64,000 bases of DNA from Chloroflexota bacterium (GTDB lineage: Bacteria; Chloroflexota; Dehalococcoidia; UBA2247; RBG-13-53-26): positions 8,041 to 72,040 of the forward strand of contig PUNJ01000117.1 of NCBI GenBank assembly GCA_003551705.1, read 5' to 3'. Position 1 is the first letter of the stretch, and the number at the start of each line of letters is the position of its first letter. A program made the position numbers and the translations under genes. The notes under the pieces were generated by a model, which worked only from the letters and a program-made list of their open reading frames with translations, was not told where the DNA came from and did not search any database. Positions 30,824-39,187 of this stretch are shown in pieces.

Positions 30824-31759
30824 GTGGTGAAAGAAAGACCGCTCATTGCAGAGAATATAACCGACCTGATCGGTCACACCCCGATTGTACGATTGGCCCG
30901 TATCGGTGCGGGACTCGAAGCACAGATCTTGGCCAAGTTGGAATCATTCAATCCGCTGGCCAGTTTGAAGGACAGGATCGGCCTGGAAATGATCGAGGCT
31001 GCGGAGCAGGAAGGACGGATCACGCCTGCTACTGTGATTGTGGAAGCCACCAGCGGAAACACCGGCATCTCACTGGCGTTTGTCTGCGCCGTAAAGGGCT
31101 ACAAGCTGATCATAACCATGCCCGACTCCATGTCGGACGAGAGAAAGAGACTGCTGGCCGTCTTCGGAACGCAACTGGTAATGACGCCGGCCAAAGATGG
31201 TATGCTTGGGGCATTGAAGAAGGCATCGGAAATCGCAACGCAGAACTCCAACCACCTGCTGCTGAGCCAGTTCACGAACCCTGCCAACACGCAGGCGCAC
31301 CGCAATACCACCGCCGAGGAGATATGGCATGACACCGGCGGGCAGCTGGATGTCCTAGTTGCAGGCGTAGGTACTGGTGGCACCTTAACCGGAGTGGGAG
31401 AGGTAATCAAGCAACGAAAACCCTCAATACATTTAGTGGCTGTTGAACCGCAGGCGTCCCCCGTGCTGTCGGGAGGAAAGCCGGGTCCCCACGGCATCCA
31501 GGGACTGGGCGCCGGGTTTATACCTGATATTCTCAATCTGCGCGTGGTCGACGAGATTATGCCCGTAACCAAGGAAGAGGCTGTGGAGACATGCAGCAGA
31601 CTGGCCCGGGAAGAGGGCATCCTGGCCGGCATATCTTCCGGGGCTGCTACCTGGGCAGCCATGGAGATCGCGGCCAGACCAGAGATGCGTGGCAAGATAG
31701 TTCTGGTAATACTCCCCGACTCTGGGGAGCGATATTTGAGCAACGCCTTGCCAGCGTGA
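30824..31759 (+). CDS. cysK: cysteine synthase (O-acetylserine sulfhydrylase)
   Basis: 311 aa; PLP-lysine motif NPLASLKDRIG, GTGGT loop. Confidence 0.9.
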   Translation: MVKERPLIAENITDLIGHTPIVRLARIGAGLEAQILAKLESFNPLASLKDRIGLEMIEAAEQEGRITPATVIVEATSGNTGISLAFVCAVKGYKLIITMPDSMSDERKRLLAVFGTQLVMTPAKDGMLGALKKASEIATQNSNHLLLSQFTNPANTQAHRNTTAEEIWHDTGGQLDVLVAGVGTGGTLTGVGEVIKQRKPSIHLVAVEPQASPVLSGGKPGPHGIQGLGAGFIPDILNLRVVDEIMPVTKEEAVETCSRLAREEGILAGISSGAATWAAMEIAARPEMRGKIVLVILPDSGERYLSNALPA

Positions 31760-31778
31760 ATAATGAAGGAGGTAAAGA

Positions 31779-32567
31779 ATGGACGAGGTCACCATATCCA
31801 GAGCGATTATCGAGAGTTTCTCCAGGGAATTCCTGGATGCTATGGATGTGGATGTGGCCGTTGCCGGCGCCGGCCCATCGGGGATGATGGCCGCGTATGA
31901 TCTGGCCAGTGCCGGTTTCAAGACCGTTGTCTTTGAAAAGAACCTCCGCCTGGGTGGCGGCATGCCGGGAGGCGGCATGATGTTCAACCGCATCGTCCTG
32001 CAGGAAGAGGGCAAACAAATACTGGGCGATCTTAATGTGAGGATGCAGGAGTTCTCCGACGGCTATTACACGGCCGACGCGCTCGAAGCCATGTCAGTGA
32101 TAGCGGTCCGGGCCATCCAGGCAGGAACCAAGGTCTTCAATCTGATCAGCGTTGAGGATGTCATGATCAGAGAAGAGAACCGCATAACAGGACTTGTGCT
32201 TAACTGGACGGCTGTTTCCATGGCCGGACTTCACGTAGATCCCCTGGCGGCCAAGGCAAGGGTGGTCATCGACGCCACCGGGCATGAGTGTGAAGTTGCC
32301 CGGATCGTAGAGCGCAAGATAGGCGCCTATTTGCGGACGCCCACGGGCCGGATAATGGGAGAGAAGTCGATGTGGGCGGAACGGGGAGAAACAGAGATTA
32401 TCGAAAACACAAGGGAGGTCTACCCAGGGCTTGTGGTAGCCGGTATGGCCGCCAATGCCGTCTGCGGTTCACCGCGCATGGGGGCGATTTTCGGCGGCAT
32501 GCTGATATCGGGCAAGCGGGCAGCCCAGGTAGCGATCGAAATGTTGAAAGATGGAGAGCGTGTTTAG
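31779..32567 (+). CDS. thi4: thiazole synthase Thi4 (archaeal/eukaryotic type; no Cys at the suicide-donor position, i.e. sulfide-dependent type)
   Basis: 262 aa; [26 protein letters not shown] fold; [14 protein letters not shown] region lacks the yeast Cys205; good SD GAAGGAGG. Confidence 0.8.
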   Translation: MDEVTISRAIIESFSREFLDAMDVDVAVAGAGPSGMMAAYDLASAGFKTVVFEKNLRLGGGMPGGGMMFNRIVLQEEGKQILGDLNVRMQEFSDGYYTADALEAMSVIAVRAIQAGTKVFNLISVEDVMIREENRITGLVLNWTAVSMAGLHVDPLAAKARVVIDATGHECEVARIVERKIGAYLRTPTGRIMGEKSMWAERGETEIIENTREVYPGLVVAGMAANAVCGSPRMGAIFGGMLISGKRAAQVAIEMLKDGERV

Positions 32568-33210
32568 TACAGTCAAAGAGGATATAAGAACCGTTTTCGA
32601 GCGTGACCCTGCTGCTCGGACCCTGATGGAGGTGGTATTCTGCTACCCCGGGCTGCATGCCTTGCTGATGCATAGACAGGCCCATTACCTGTGGCGGCAC
32701 CGCCTTCGGTTCTTAGCTAGACTGCTCTCGCATTTAAACCGGTGCATAACCGGGATAGAGATACATCCGGGAGCCAGAATCGGCCGGAGGCTGTTCATAG
32801 ACCACGGTATGGGCGTGGTAATAGGCGAAACTACGGAGATAGGCGATGACGTACTCATGTATCAGGGAGTAGTCCTCGGCGGGACCAGCCTCGAGAAGAC
32901 AAAGCGTCATCCTACAATAGGCAACAGTGTGGTGATCGGCGCGGCGGCCATTCTGCTGGGCCCCATCGAAGTCGGAGAAGGTGCCAGAGTAGGAGCCAAT
33001 TCAGTCGTCATCAACTCCGTCCCTCCCGGTTCGACAGTGGTCGGCATTCCCGGCCGGGTAGTCGGAGATAAGAGGATATCAACCATAGACCTGGACCATG
33101 GCAAGCTGCCTGACCCGGTCGCTGAAGCCCTGGGGCTTGTTCTTGAGCAACAGCGAAAGCTCGAGGAACGAATAGGGCGTCTCGAAACGCAACTGCAGAA
33201 CAGGACATGA
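32551..33210 (+). CDS. cysE: serine O-acetyltransferase
   Basis: 219 aa; [10 protein letters not shown]-terminal motif, hexapeptide repeats ([28 protein letters not shown]). Confidence 0.85.
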   Translation: MESVFSTVKEDIRTVFERDPAARTLMEVVFCYPGLHALLMHRQAHYLWRHRLRFLARLLSHLNRCITGIEIHPGARIGRRLFIDHGMGVVIGETTEIGDDVLMYQGVVLGGTSLEKTKRHPTIGNSVVIGAAAILLGPIEVGEGARVGANSVVINSVPPGSTVVGIPGRVVGDKRISTIDLDHGKLPDPVAEALGLVLEQQRKLEERIGRLETQLQNRT

Positions 33211-33381
33211 TTACCGGAGTGTGGCAGGTGTTAAATAGATGATCGTTACAACTAGCCGGCGGTGCCCGGTTCCTCTTAGAAGGCAACCTGGGAAAGAAGG
33301 CCCATCGCTATGGGCCATGCGCGGCCCGCGCAAGCGGGCGACGGCGGTACCCCGAAATCGGCTCTTCCAGGAGGATATTTG

Positions 33382-34581
33382 ATGTTGAAATCAATTGACG
33401 AAATAAATGAGAAGATCAGCAAAGGCCAGGCCGTCGTTGTAACGGCTGAGGAAATCATAGACATCATCGACGAGAAAGGACTGCCCAGGGCGGCCCGTGA
33501 GGTGGACGTAGTAACCACTGGCACCTTCGGGCCCATGTGCTCGTCCGGCGCCTATCTCAACCTGGGACACCCGGTCCCCCGCATGAAGTTCAGTAGCAGT
33601 ACTTATGTCAACGAAGTCCCAGCCTACTCAGGATTTGCAGCCGTAGACATTTTCATAGGGGCTACAGCCCTTCCCGACAATGATCCCAGAAACAAGACAT
33701 ACCCCGGTGAATTCCCCTATGGGGGCGGTCACGTGATCGAGGAGCTTGTAGCCGGGAAGGACTTGAGGCTGGTGGCCAATACCTACGGGACCGATTGCTA
33801 TCCCAGAAGAAGAATCGACACCCTTATCAACATTGACAGCATCAACGAAGCGACGCTTTTCAACATGCGTAATGCCTACCAGAACTATAATATAGGCGTT
33901 AACCTGTCCGACCGGACCATACACACTTACATGGGTGTACTCAAACCCAGATTGGGAAACGCCACCTACAGCTCAGCAGGACAGTTATCACCCCTGCTGA
34001 ACGATCCTTATTATAAGTCCATAGGCGTAGGCACCAAGATCTTCCTTGGCGGCGGGACTGGATATGTAGCCTGGCATGGTACACAACACAGTCCGTGCGC
34101 TCTAAGAGGCGACAATGGAGTACCCAGGCGGGGATCAGGGACCCTGGCTGTGATTGGAGACCTCAAGCAAATGAGCCCGCACTGGCTCCGGGGTGTTAGC
34201 TTTCTCGGCTACGGGGTAAGTCTGATGGTGGGCATAGGGGTACCCATCCCGGTCACTTCGGAGAAAGTCCTGGCCTGTGCCGGTGTCAGAGATGAAAACA
34301 TATTCGCCCCGGTAGTAGACTATTCCAATGCCTATCCCTATGCCAAAACCGAAATCCTGGCGGAGGCAAGTTATGCCCAGCTCAAGACGGGCATCATTAC
34401 CGTCAACGGCAAGTCCGTTCCTACGGCTTCGCTCTCAAGCTATGCGAAGGCTACCGAGATAGCCGAGATACTCAAGAAATGGATAAAGGACGGGGACTTC
34501 TCTCTGACCAGTCCGGTAGCTCCGTTGCCCGGAGTAGAATCGGGTATTGTGATGAATTCGCTCAAAGAACGGGACCATTAA
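33382..34581 (+). CDS. COG1900/DUF39 sulfide-dependent homocysteine biosynthesis protein (MA1821-like L-aspartate-semialdehyde sulfurtransferase)
   Basis: ORF 33310..34581; start ATG 33382 with GGAGGA SD; about 400 aa with family-typical Cys residues. Confidence 0.75.
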   Translation: MLKSIDEINEKISKGQAVVVTAEEIIDIIDEKGLPRAAREVDVVTTGTFGPMCSSGAYLNLGHPVPRMKFSSSTYVNEVPAYSGFAAVDIFIGATALPDNDPRNKTYPGEFPYGGGHVIEELVAGKDLRLVANTYGTDCYPRRRIDTLINIDSINEATLFNMRNAYQNYNIGVNLSDRTIHTYMGVLKPRLGNATYSSAGQLSPLLNDPYYKSIGVGTKIFLGGGTGYVAWHGTQHSPCALRGDNGVPRRGSGTLAVIGDLKQMSPHWLRGVSFLGYGVSLMVGIGVPIPVTSEKVLACAGVRDENIFAPVVDYSNAYPYAKTEILAEASYAQLKTGIITVNGKSVPTASLSSYAKATEIAEILKKWIKDGDFSLTSPVAPLPGVESGIVMNSLKERDH

Positions 34582-34591
34582 AGGAGGGGAA

Positions 34592-35002
34592 ATGTCTGTA
34601 TCGAGAAGAATTGTCCTGCGTTTTCCCCGTCCTCTTGTCGACCAGCCCATAATTTACAAGCTGGTGAAGGACTACAACCTCATGTTCAATATCCTCAAGG
34701 CCTCAGTTACTCCCAAGGAGGAAGGCCTTCTGGCCTTGGAGCTAAGTGGTACCCAGGCGGACTACAACAGAGGAGTACAGTTTCTGACAGAGGCCGGGGT
34801 AGAAATACAACCTATTGGCAAGGACATATTCAGGGATGAGGACCTGTGCACGCATTGTGGGGCATGCGTTACCATGTGCCCCACTGATGCCTTTCACATC
34901 GAGGGCAGGGCAAGATGGATAAGGTTCGACGCAGAGAAATGCATTGCCTGCGGCATCTGTATCAAGGCATGCCCGGCGCGGGCCATGGAAATGACGATTT
35001 GA
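34592..35002 (+). CDS. NIL-domain / 4Fe-4S ferredoxin protein (MA1822-like partner of COG1900)
   Basis: 136 aa; N-terminal NIL domain then CTHCGACVTMCP and CIACGICIKACP. Confidence 0.7.
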   Translation: MSVSRRIVLRFPRPLVDQPIIYKLVKDYNLMFNILKASVTPKEEGLLALELSGTQADYNRGVQFLTEAGVEIQPIGKDIFRDEDLCTHCGACVTMCPTDAFHIEGRARWIRFDAEKCIACGICIKACPARAMEMTI

Positions 35003-35745
35003 ACAGTGCGATTTCGTACCAACCCCGGCTATACAGGGACTGGACCAGGGACAGGGACCTGGTTTCCTGCTCGGTGGTTGCCGGTCAGACAGACCTCTGC
35101 GTCAGGACCACACGTAACCTACGGTTCAGAGCAGTGAAGCTGCTGTCCAAATACCGGGGCCAGCTGGAGCGATACATCGAGAGGCATCCTGAGTTCGAAG
35201 GCGCCCTTGCCCCCATCTCTGTAGGCGGTGAAGCCCCGGAAATTGCCAAGGCTATGGCCCGAGCAGCAGAGATAGCCGGAGTCGGTCCGATGGCCGCCGT
35301 TGCGGGAGCCATAGCCGGTTTCGTGGGCAGGGGTTTGTCCAGGTACTCTGAGGAGACCATCATAGAGAACGGGGGAGACATCTTTTTGCAATCAAGCCGG
35401 AAGCGACTAGTGGGCGTGTTTGCCGGCGAATCGCCATTGTCGGGCAGCATTGCACTTGAGATACAACCGGAGGAGACTCCTTTGGGCATTTGCACCTCTT
35501 CAGGAACGGTAGGACATTCGTTGAGCTTTGGCAAAGCAGATGCATGCATAGTTTTGTCGCCCATTGTGGAGATCGCCGATGCGGCGGCCACGGCTCTGGG
35601 CAATCGCATCATGTCGGCGGCAGATATCCCGGCTGCAATAGAAGCAGCCAAGCTGATGAATGAAGTCGCCGGTGTGGTTATCATAAAAGGAGACCAGATG
35701 GGAGTTTGGGGCAAAGTTAAGCTTGTCCCTCAACGGGAGCAATGA
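34999..35745 (+). CDS. UPF0280 / COG2122 ApbE-like protein (MA1715-like, third component of the sulfide-dependent homocysteine system)
   Basis: ORF 34915..35745 overlaps the ferredoxin gene; likely TTG start at 34999 (LNSAISYQPRLYRDW...). Start uncertain. Confidence 0.55.
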   Translation: MNSAISYQPRLYRDWTRDRDLVSCSVVAGQTDLCVRTTRNLRFRAVKLLSKYRGQLERYIERHPEFEGALAPISVGGEAPEIAKAMARAAEIAGVGPMAAVAGAIAGFVGRGLSRYSEETIIENGGDIFLQSSRKRLVGVFAGESPLSGSIALEIQPEETPLGICTSSGTVGHSLSFGKADACIVLSPIVEIADAAATALGNRIMSAADIPAAIEAAKLMNEVAGVVIIKGDQMGVWGKVKLVPQREQ

Positions 35746-36920
35746 GAAGAATATACCTGGATCACGCAGCTACTACACCAGTTAGACCCGAGGTGCTGGA
35801 GGCCATGCTTCCGTACTTTGGTGATGAATTTGGCAATCCATCAAGCATACACTTTCTGGGCCAGGAAACGCGTGTCGCAGTTGAGGAAGCCCGGGAACAG
35901 GTGGCCCGCCTGATCGGGGCCGAAGCAAGCGAGATAGTCTTCACCAGCAGCGGCACCGAAGCCGATAACTTCGCACTGAAGGGAATCGCCTTTGCCAATC
36001 GGAATAGAGGAAAGCATATCATAACGTCGTCAATCGAGCATCATGCCGTCCTGAATCCATGCCATTTCCTCGAGGAGCAGGGTTTTGATGTCACCTACCT
36101 CGGCGTAGACCGTGACGGCCTGGTAGATCCTGAAGCCGTTGCGAAAGCTGTCAGGCCAGACACCATCCTGGTGTCGATTATGCATGCCAATAACGAGATC
36201 GGCACGCTGCAGCCCGTGGAGCAAATCAGCACCATAACCAGGGAGCACGGAATCTGCTTCCATACGGATGCCGTACAGACGGTTGGTCGTATACCGGTGG
36301 ATGTCGAGGCGATTGGGGCGGACTTGCTGTCCATGGCAGCACACAAGCTATACGGTCCAAAGGGGGTCGGTGCTCTCTTCATCAGAAGGGGCACTAAGAT
36401 TCACCCCTTCATGCATGGCGGCGGGCAGGAGAAAGGCCGGCGAGCCAGCACGGAGAATGTGCCCGGCATCGTCGGCTTCGGGAAAGCCGCCGCTATGGCC
36501 CGGTCCGAGATGGACACCGAAGTCCCTCGTTTGACTTCCATGCGTGATAGATTGATCAGCGGCCTGTTGGGCAAGATGGACCGCGTATATTTGAACGGGC
36601 ATCCGCAACTCCGGTTGCCCAACAATGTTAATCTGAGCATTGACTTCGTCGAAGGGGAGTCGTTAGCAGTCAGCCTTGATCTCGAGGGCATAGCGGCCTC
36701 GACCGGCTCTGCATGCACGTCGACCGACATGCATGCGTCACATGTCCTGACTGCCATCGGAGTTTCGGGAATCCTCGCCAGAGGATCGCTGCGGTTCTCC
36801 CTCGGGCACGCAAATGATGATGCCGATGTTGATTATGTGCTTGATGCCCTACCCGGAATCGTAAACAGGCTAAGAGCCATATCACCATTGGCCAGGTCCG
36901 ATCGTGCAAGAAATGAATAG
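35742..36920 (+). CDS. cysteine desulfurase (NifS/IscS class)
   Basis: 392 aa; PLP-Lys in SMAAHKLYGPKG, persulfide Cys in STGSACTS. Confidence 0.85.
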   Translation: MRRIYLDHAATTPVRPEVLEAMLPYFGDEFGNPSSIHFLGQETRVAVEEAREQVARLIGAEASEIVFTSSGTEADNFALKGIAFANRNRGKHIITSSIEHHAVLNPCHFLEEQGFDVTYLGVDRDGLVDPEAVAKAVRPDTILVSIMHANNEIGTLQPVEQISTITREHGICFHTDAVQTVGRIPVDVEAIGADLLSMAAHKLYGPKGVGALFIRRGTKIHPFMHGGGQEKGRRASTENVPGIVGFGKAAAMARSEMDTEVPRLTSMRDRLISGLLGKMDRVYLNGHPQLRLPNNVNLSIDFVEGESLAVSLDLEGIAASTGSACTSTDMHASHVLTAIGVSGILARGSLRFSLGHANDDADVDYVLDALPGIVNRLRAISPLARSDRARNE

Positions 36921-36969
36921 CCGAGGCGAAGAACATACGGAGATATGCGTGAAGGAGACTAATTAAGCC

Positions 36970-37410
36970 ATGCCAGAGATTGTGGCGGTCTGCATCAGCA
37001 ATGAAGTAGGCACGAAGAAGAAGCCGGTAGGCCATGCAAACCTTGTCGAGGATCTCGGCCTGGAGGGCGATGCCCATGCGGGCTATCTGCCTAATCGTCA
37101 TGTAAGCTTGCTTGCCTTGGAGAGTATCGAAAAGATGCGAGATCAGGGACTGGATGTAGGCCCTGGAGATTTCGCTGAAAACATCACCACACAAGGTATA
37201 GACCTGCCCTCCCTGCCTCTTGGTACCAGGCTCACGATAGGCCCACAAGCTGTGCTGCAGATCACGCAAATCGGCAAGGAATGCCACACGCGATGTGCCA
37301 TCTATTACCAGGCAGGAGACTGTATCATGCCAAAGGAGGGCGTATTCGCCCGTGTAGTGCGTGGAGGTCCGATCTGTGACGGCGATCCCATAGTGAGGGC
37401 CGAAAGCTAG
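36970..37410 (+). CDS. MOSC-domain protein (MoCo sulfurase C-terminal domain family)
   Basis: 146 aa beta-barrel MOSC pattern with conserved Cys (GKECHTRCAIY). Confidence 0.65.
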   Translation: MPEIVAVCISNEVGTKKKPVGHANLVEDLGLEGDAHAGYLPNRHVSLLALESIEKMRDQGLDVGPGDFAENITTQGIDLPSLPLGTRLTIGPQAVLQITQIGKECHTRCAIYYQAGDCIMPKEGVFARVVRGGPICDGDPIVRAES

Positions 37411-37418
37411 AGAAACCC

Positions 37419-38207
37419 ATGCAAGAGGAAGTCGAAAGAGTAACCGCATTGCGGTACACCGGTACGGATGTGCAGGAGATTGACGAATCGGTCGTGAAGG
37501 AATACCCCTTCACTATCTCGGTCAATAACCAGGAACTCGTGACGTTGCTCTGTTCGCCCACCTATCTCAAGTTTCTGGCTGTCGGGTTTCTGGTTTCGGA
37601 AGGTATCATCAAGAGCAAGGACGATATCAAGAAGGTGGTAGTGGACGAGAGACTGGGAATAGCCTGGGTGCAGACCACTGACCAGGAGGCTGTGCAGCCG
37701 CTGATGTTATCCAAGAGATTGATCACTTCCGGTTGCGGTCGTGGAGCATCCTTCTACAATCCGGATGATGCCCAAGCTTTCACCATTATTGAGTCAAAGC
37801 TGACGGTCAAGCCAGAAGATGTTTTCTCCCTTGTGCAGGAGTTTCAGCATTACTCCGAAATCTACAAGACCACTCACGGCGTTCACAGCGCGGCTTTGTG
37901 CGACAATAAGAAGATATTGCTTTTTCGGGATGACATTGGCAGGCATAACGCCATTGACAAAATAGTTGGAGAATGCCTTCTTAACGACCTGTCGACGCAA
38001 GACCGCATGATTGTTGTCAGCGGACGCATATCCTCTGAGATGGCTGTCAAAGTTGCAAAGAGAAATATACCAGTCCTGGTATCCATTTCGGCGCCGACAG
38101 ACCTCGGTATCCGCCTCGCCAATGAGTTTGGCCTTACCCTGATTGGTTTTGTCAGGCCCAAGAGGATGAACGTGTATGCAGGTAGGGAAAGAATAGCAGG
38201 ACTATGA
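37419..38207 (+). CDS. fdhD: FdhD-type sulfurtransferase (formate dehydrogenase accessory protein family)
   Basis: 262 aa; catalytic loop TSGCGRGAS; no formate dehydrogenase gene in this window. Confidence 0.8.
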   Translation: MQEEVERVTALRYTGTDVQEIDESVVKEYPFTISVNNQELVTLLCSPTYLKFLAVGFLVSEGIIKSKDDIKKVVVDERLGIAWVQTTDQEAVQPLMLSKRLITSGCGRGASFYNPDDAQAFTIIESKLTVKPEDVFSLVQEFQHYSEIYKTTHGVHSAALCDNKKILLFRDDIGRHNAIDKIVGECLLNDLSTQDRMIVVSGRISSEMAVKVAKRNIPVLVSISAPTDLGIRLANEFGLTLIGFVRPKRMNVYAGRERIAGL

Positions 38208-39124
38208 GTACAGAGAAGAACCGAATCTCCAGATTGAAAGACAGAATATCCGAACTTAAGAATAGAAGGGACGCCCTGATCCTGGCCCACAATTACCAGT
38301 TGGGCGAAGTCCAGGACATCGCTGATGTTGTGGGCGACTCATTGGAGTTGAGCCGCATCGCAGCTGCATCCGAGGCTAGCGTTGTCGTCTTTTGCGGCGT
38401 TCACTTCATGGCCGAAACCGCCTATATCCTCAGTCCGGACAAGACGGTGTTACTGCCCAACCTGGGAGCAGGGTGTCCCATGGCTGACATGATCACCGCT
38501 GCCGAAGTCAAGCGGATGAGGCAAGACCACCCCAATGCCATGGTGGTAGCTTATGTCAATACAAGCGCGGAGGTAAAAGCGCACTCCGATGTGTGCTGTA
38601 CATCGGCTAATGCGGCAAGGCTCGTCGCCAATCTTGATGCAGAGGAAATCATCTTTGTACCTGACCAGTATCTTGGAAGTTACGTCATGGCCCAAACCGG
38701 CAAGACGATGATCTTATCGTCCGGTTATTGCCCAACTCATGCCAGAATCTCCGGAGTCCATATTGCCAAGCTGCGCAAGGAGTACCCTGAAGCCGTGGTC
38801 ATCGCCCATCCGGAATGCCGTCCCGATGCAATAGAACTTGCCGACGAGGTGTTAAGCACGGGCGGCATGTGCCAATACGTCAAGACCGCCCCGGCAAGAC
38901 AGATCATCGTGGCTACTGAGATCGGTATCATACACAGGCTGCAGAAAGAGAACCCAAACAAGGTATACCTCCCCGTATCGGAGCAGGCTGTTTGCCCCAA
39001 CATGAAGATGATCACCCTCGACGACATAGTCAGGTCGCTGGAAGACATGGCGCCGGAGGTAACGGTGCCGGAAGACATTCGAGCCAGGGCCAAGCTTGCT
39101 GTTGACAGGATGCTGCTTGGTTGA
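38204..39124 (+). CDS. nadA: quinolinate synthase
   Basis: 306 aa; LAHNYQ, FCGVHFMAET, three conserved Cys for the 4Fe-4S cluster. Confidence 0.9.
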   Translation: MSTEKNRISRLKDRISELKNRRDALILAHNYQLGEVQDIADVVGDSLELSRIAAASEASVVVFCGVHFMAETAYILSPDKTVLLPNLGAGCPMADMITAAEVKRMRQDHPNAMVVAYVNTSAEVKAHSDVCCTSANAARLVANLDAEEIIFVPDQYLGSYVMAQTGKTMILSSGYCPTHARISGVHIAKLRKEYPEAVVIAHPECRPDAIELADEVLSTGGMCQYVKTAPARQIIVATEIGIIHRLQKENPNKVYLPVSEQAVCPNMKMITLDDIVRSLEDMAPEVTVPEDIRARAKLAVDRMLLG

Positions 39125-39187
39125 TTCGCGCCACCTCCGGAACAACCAGGCACACATTGGAGCGCCTCTACGGATCGTGTTATACTC

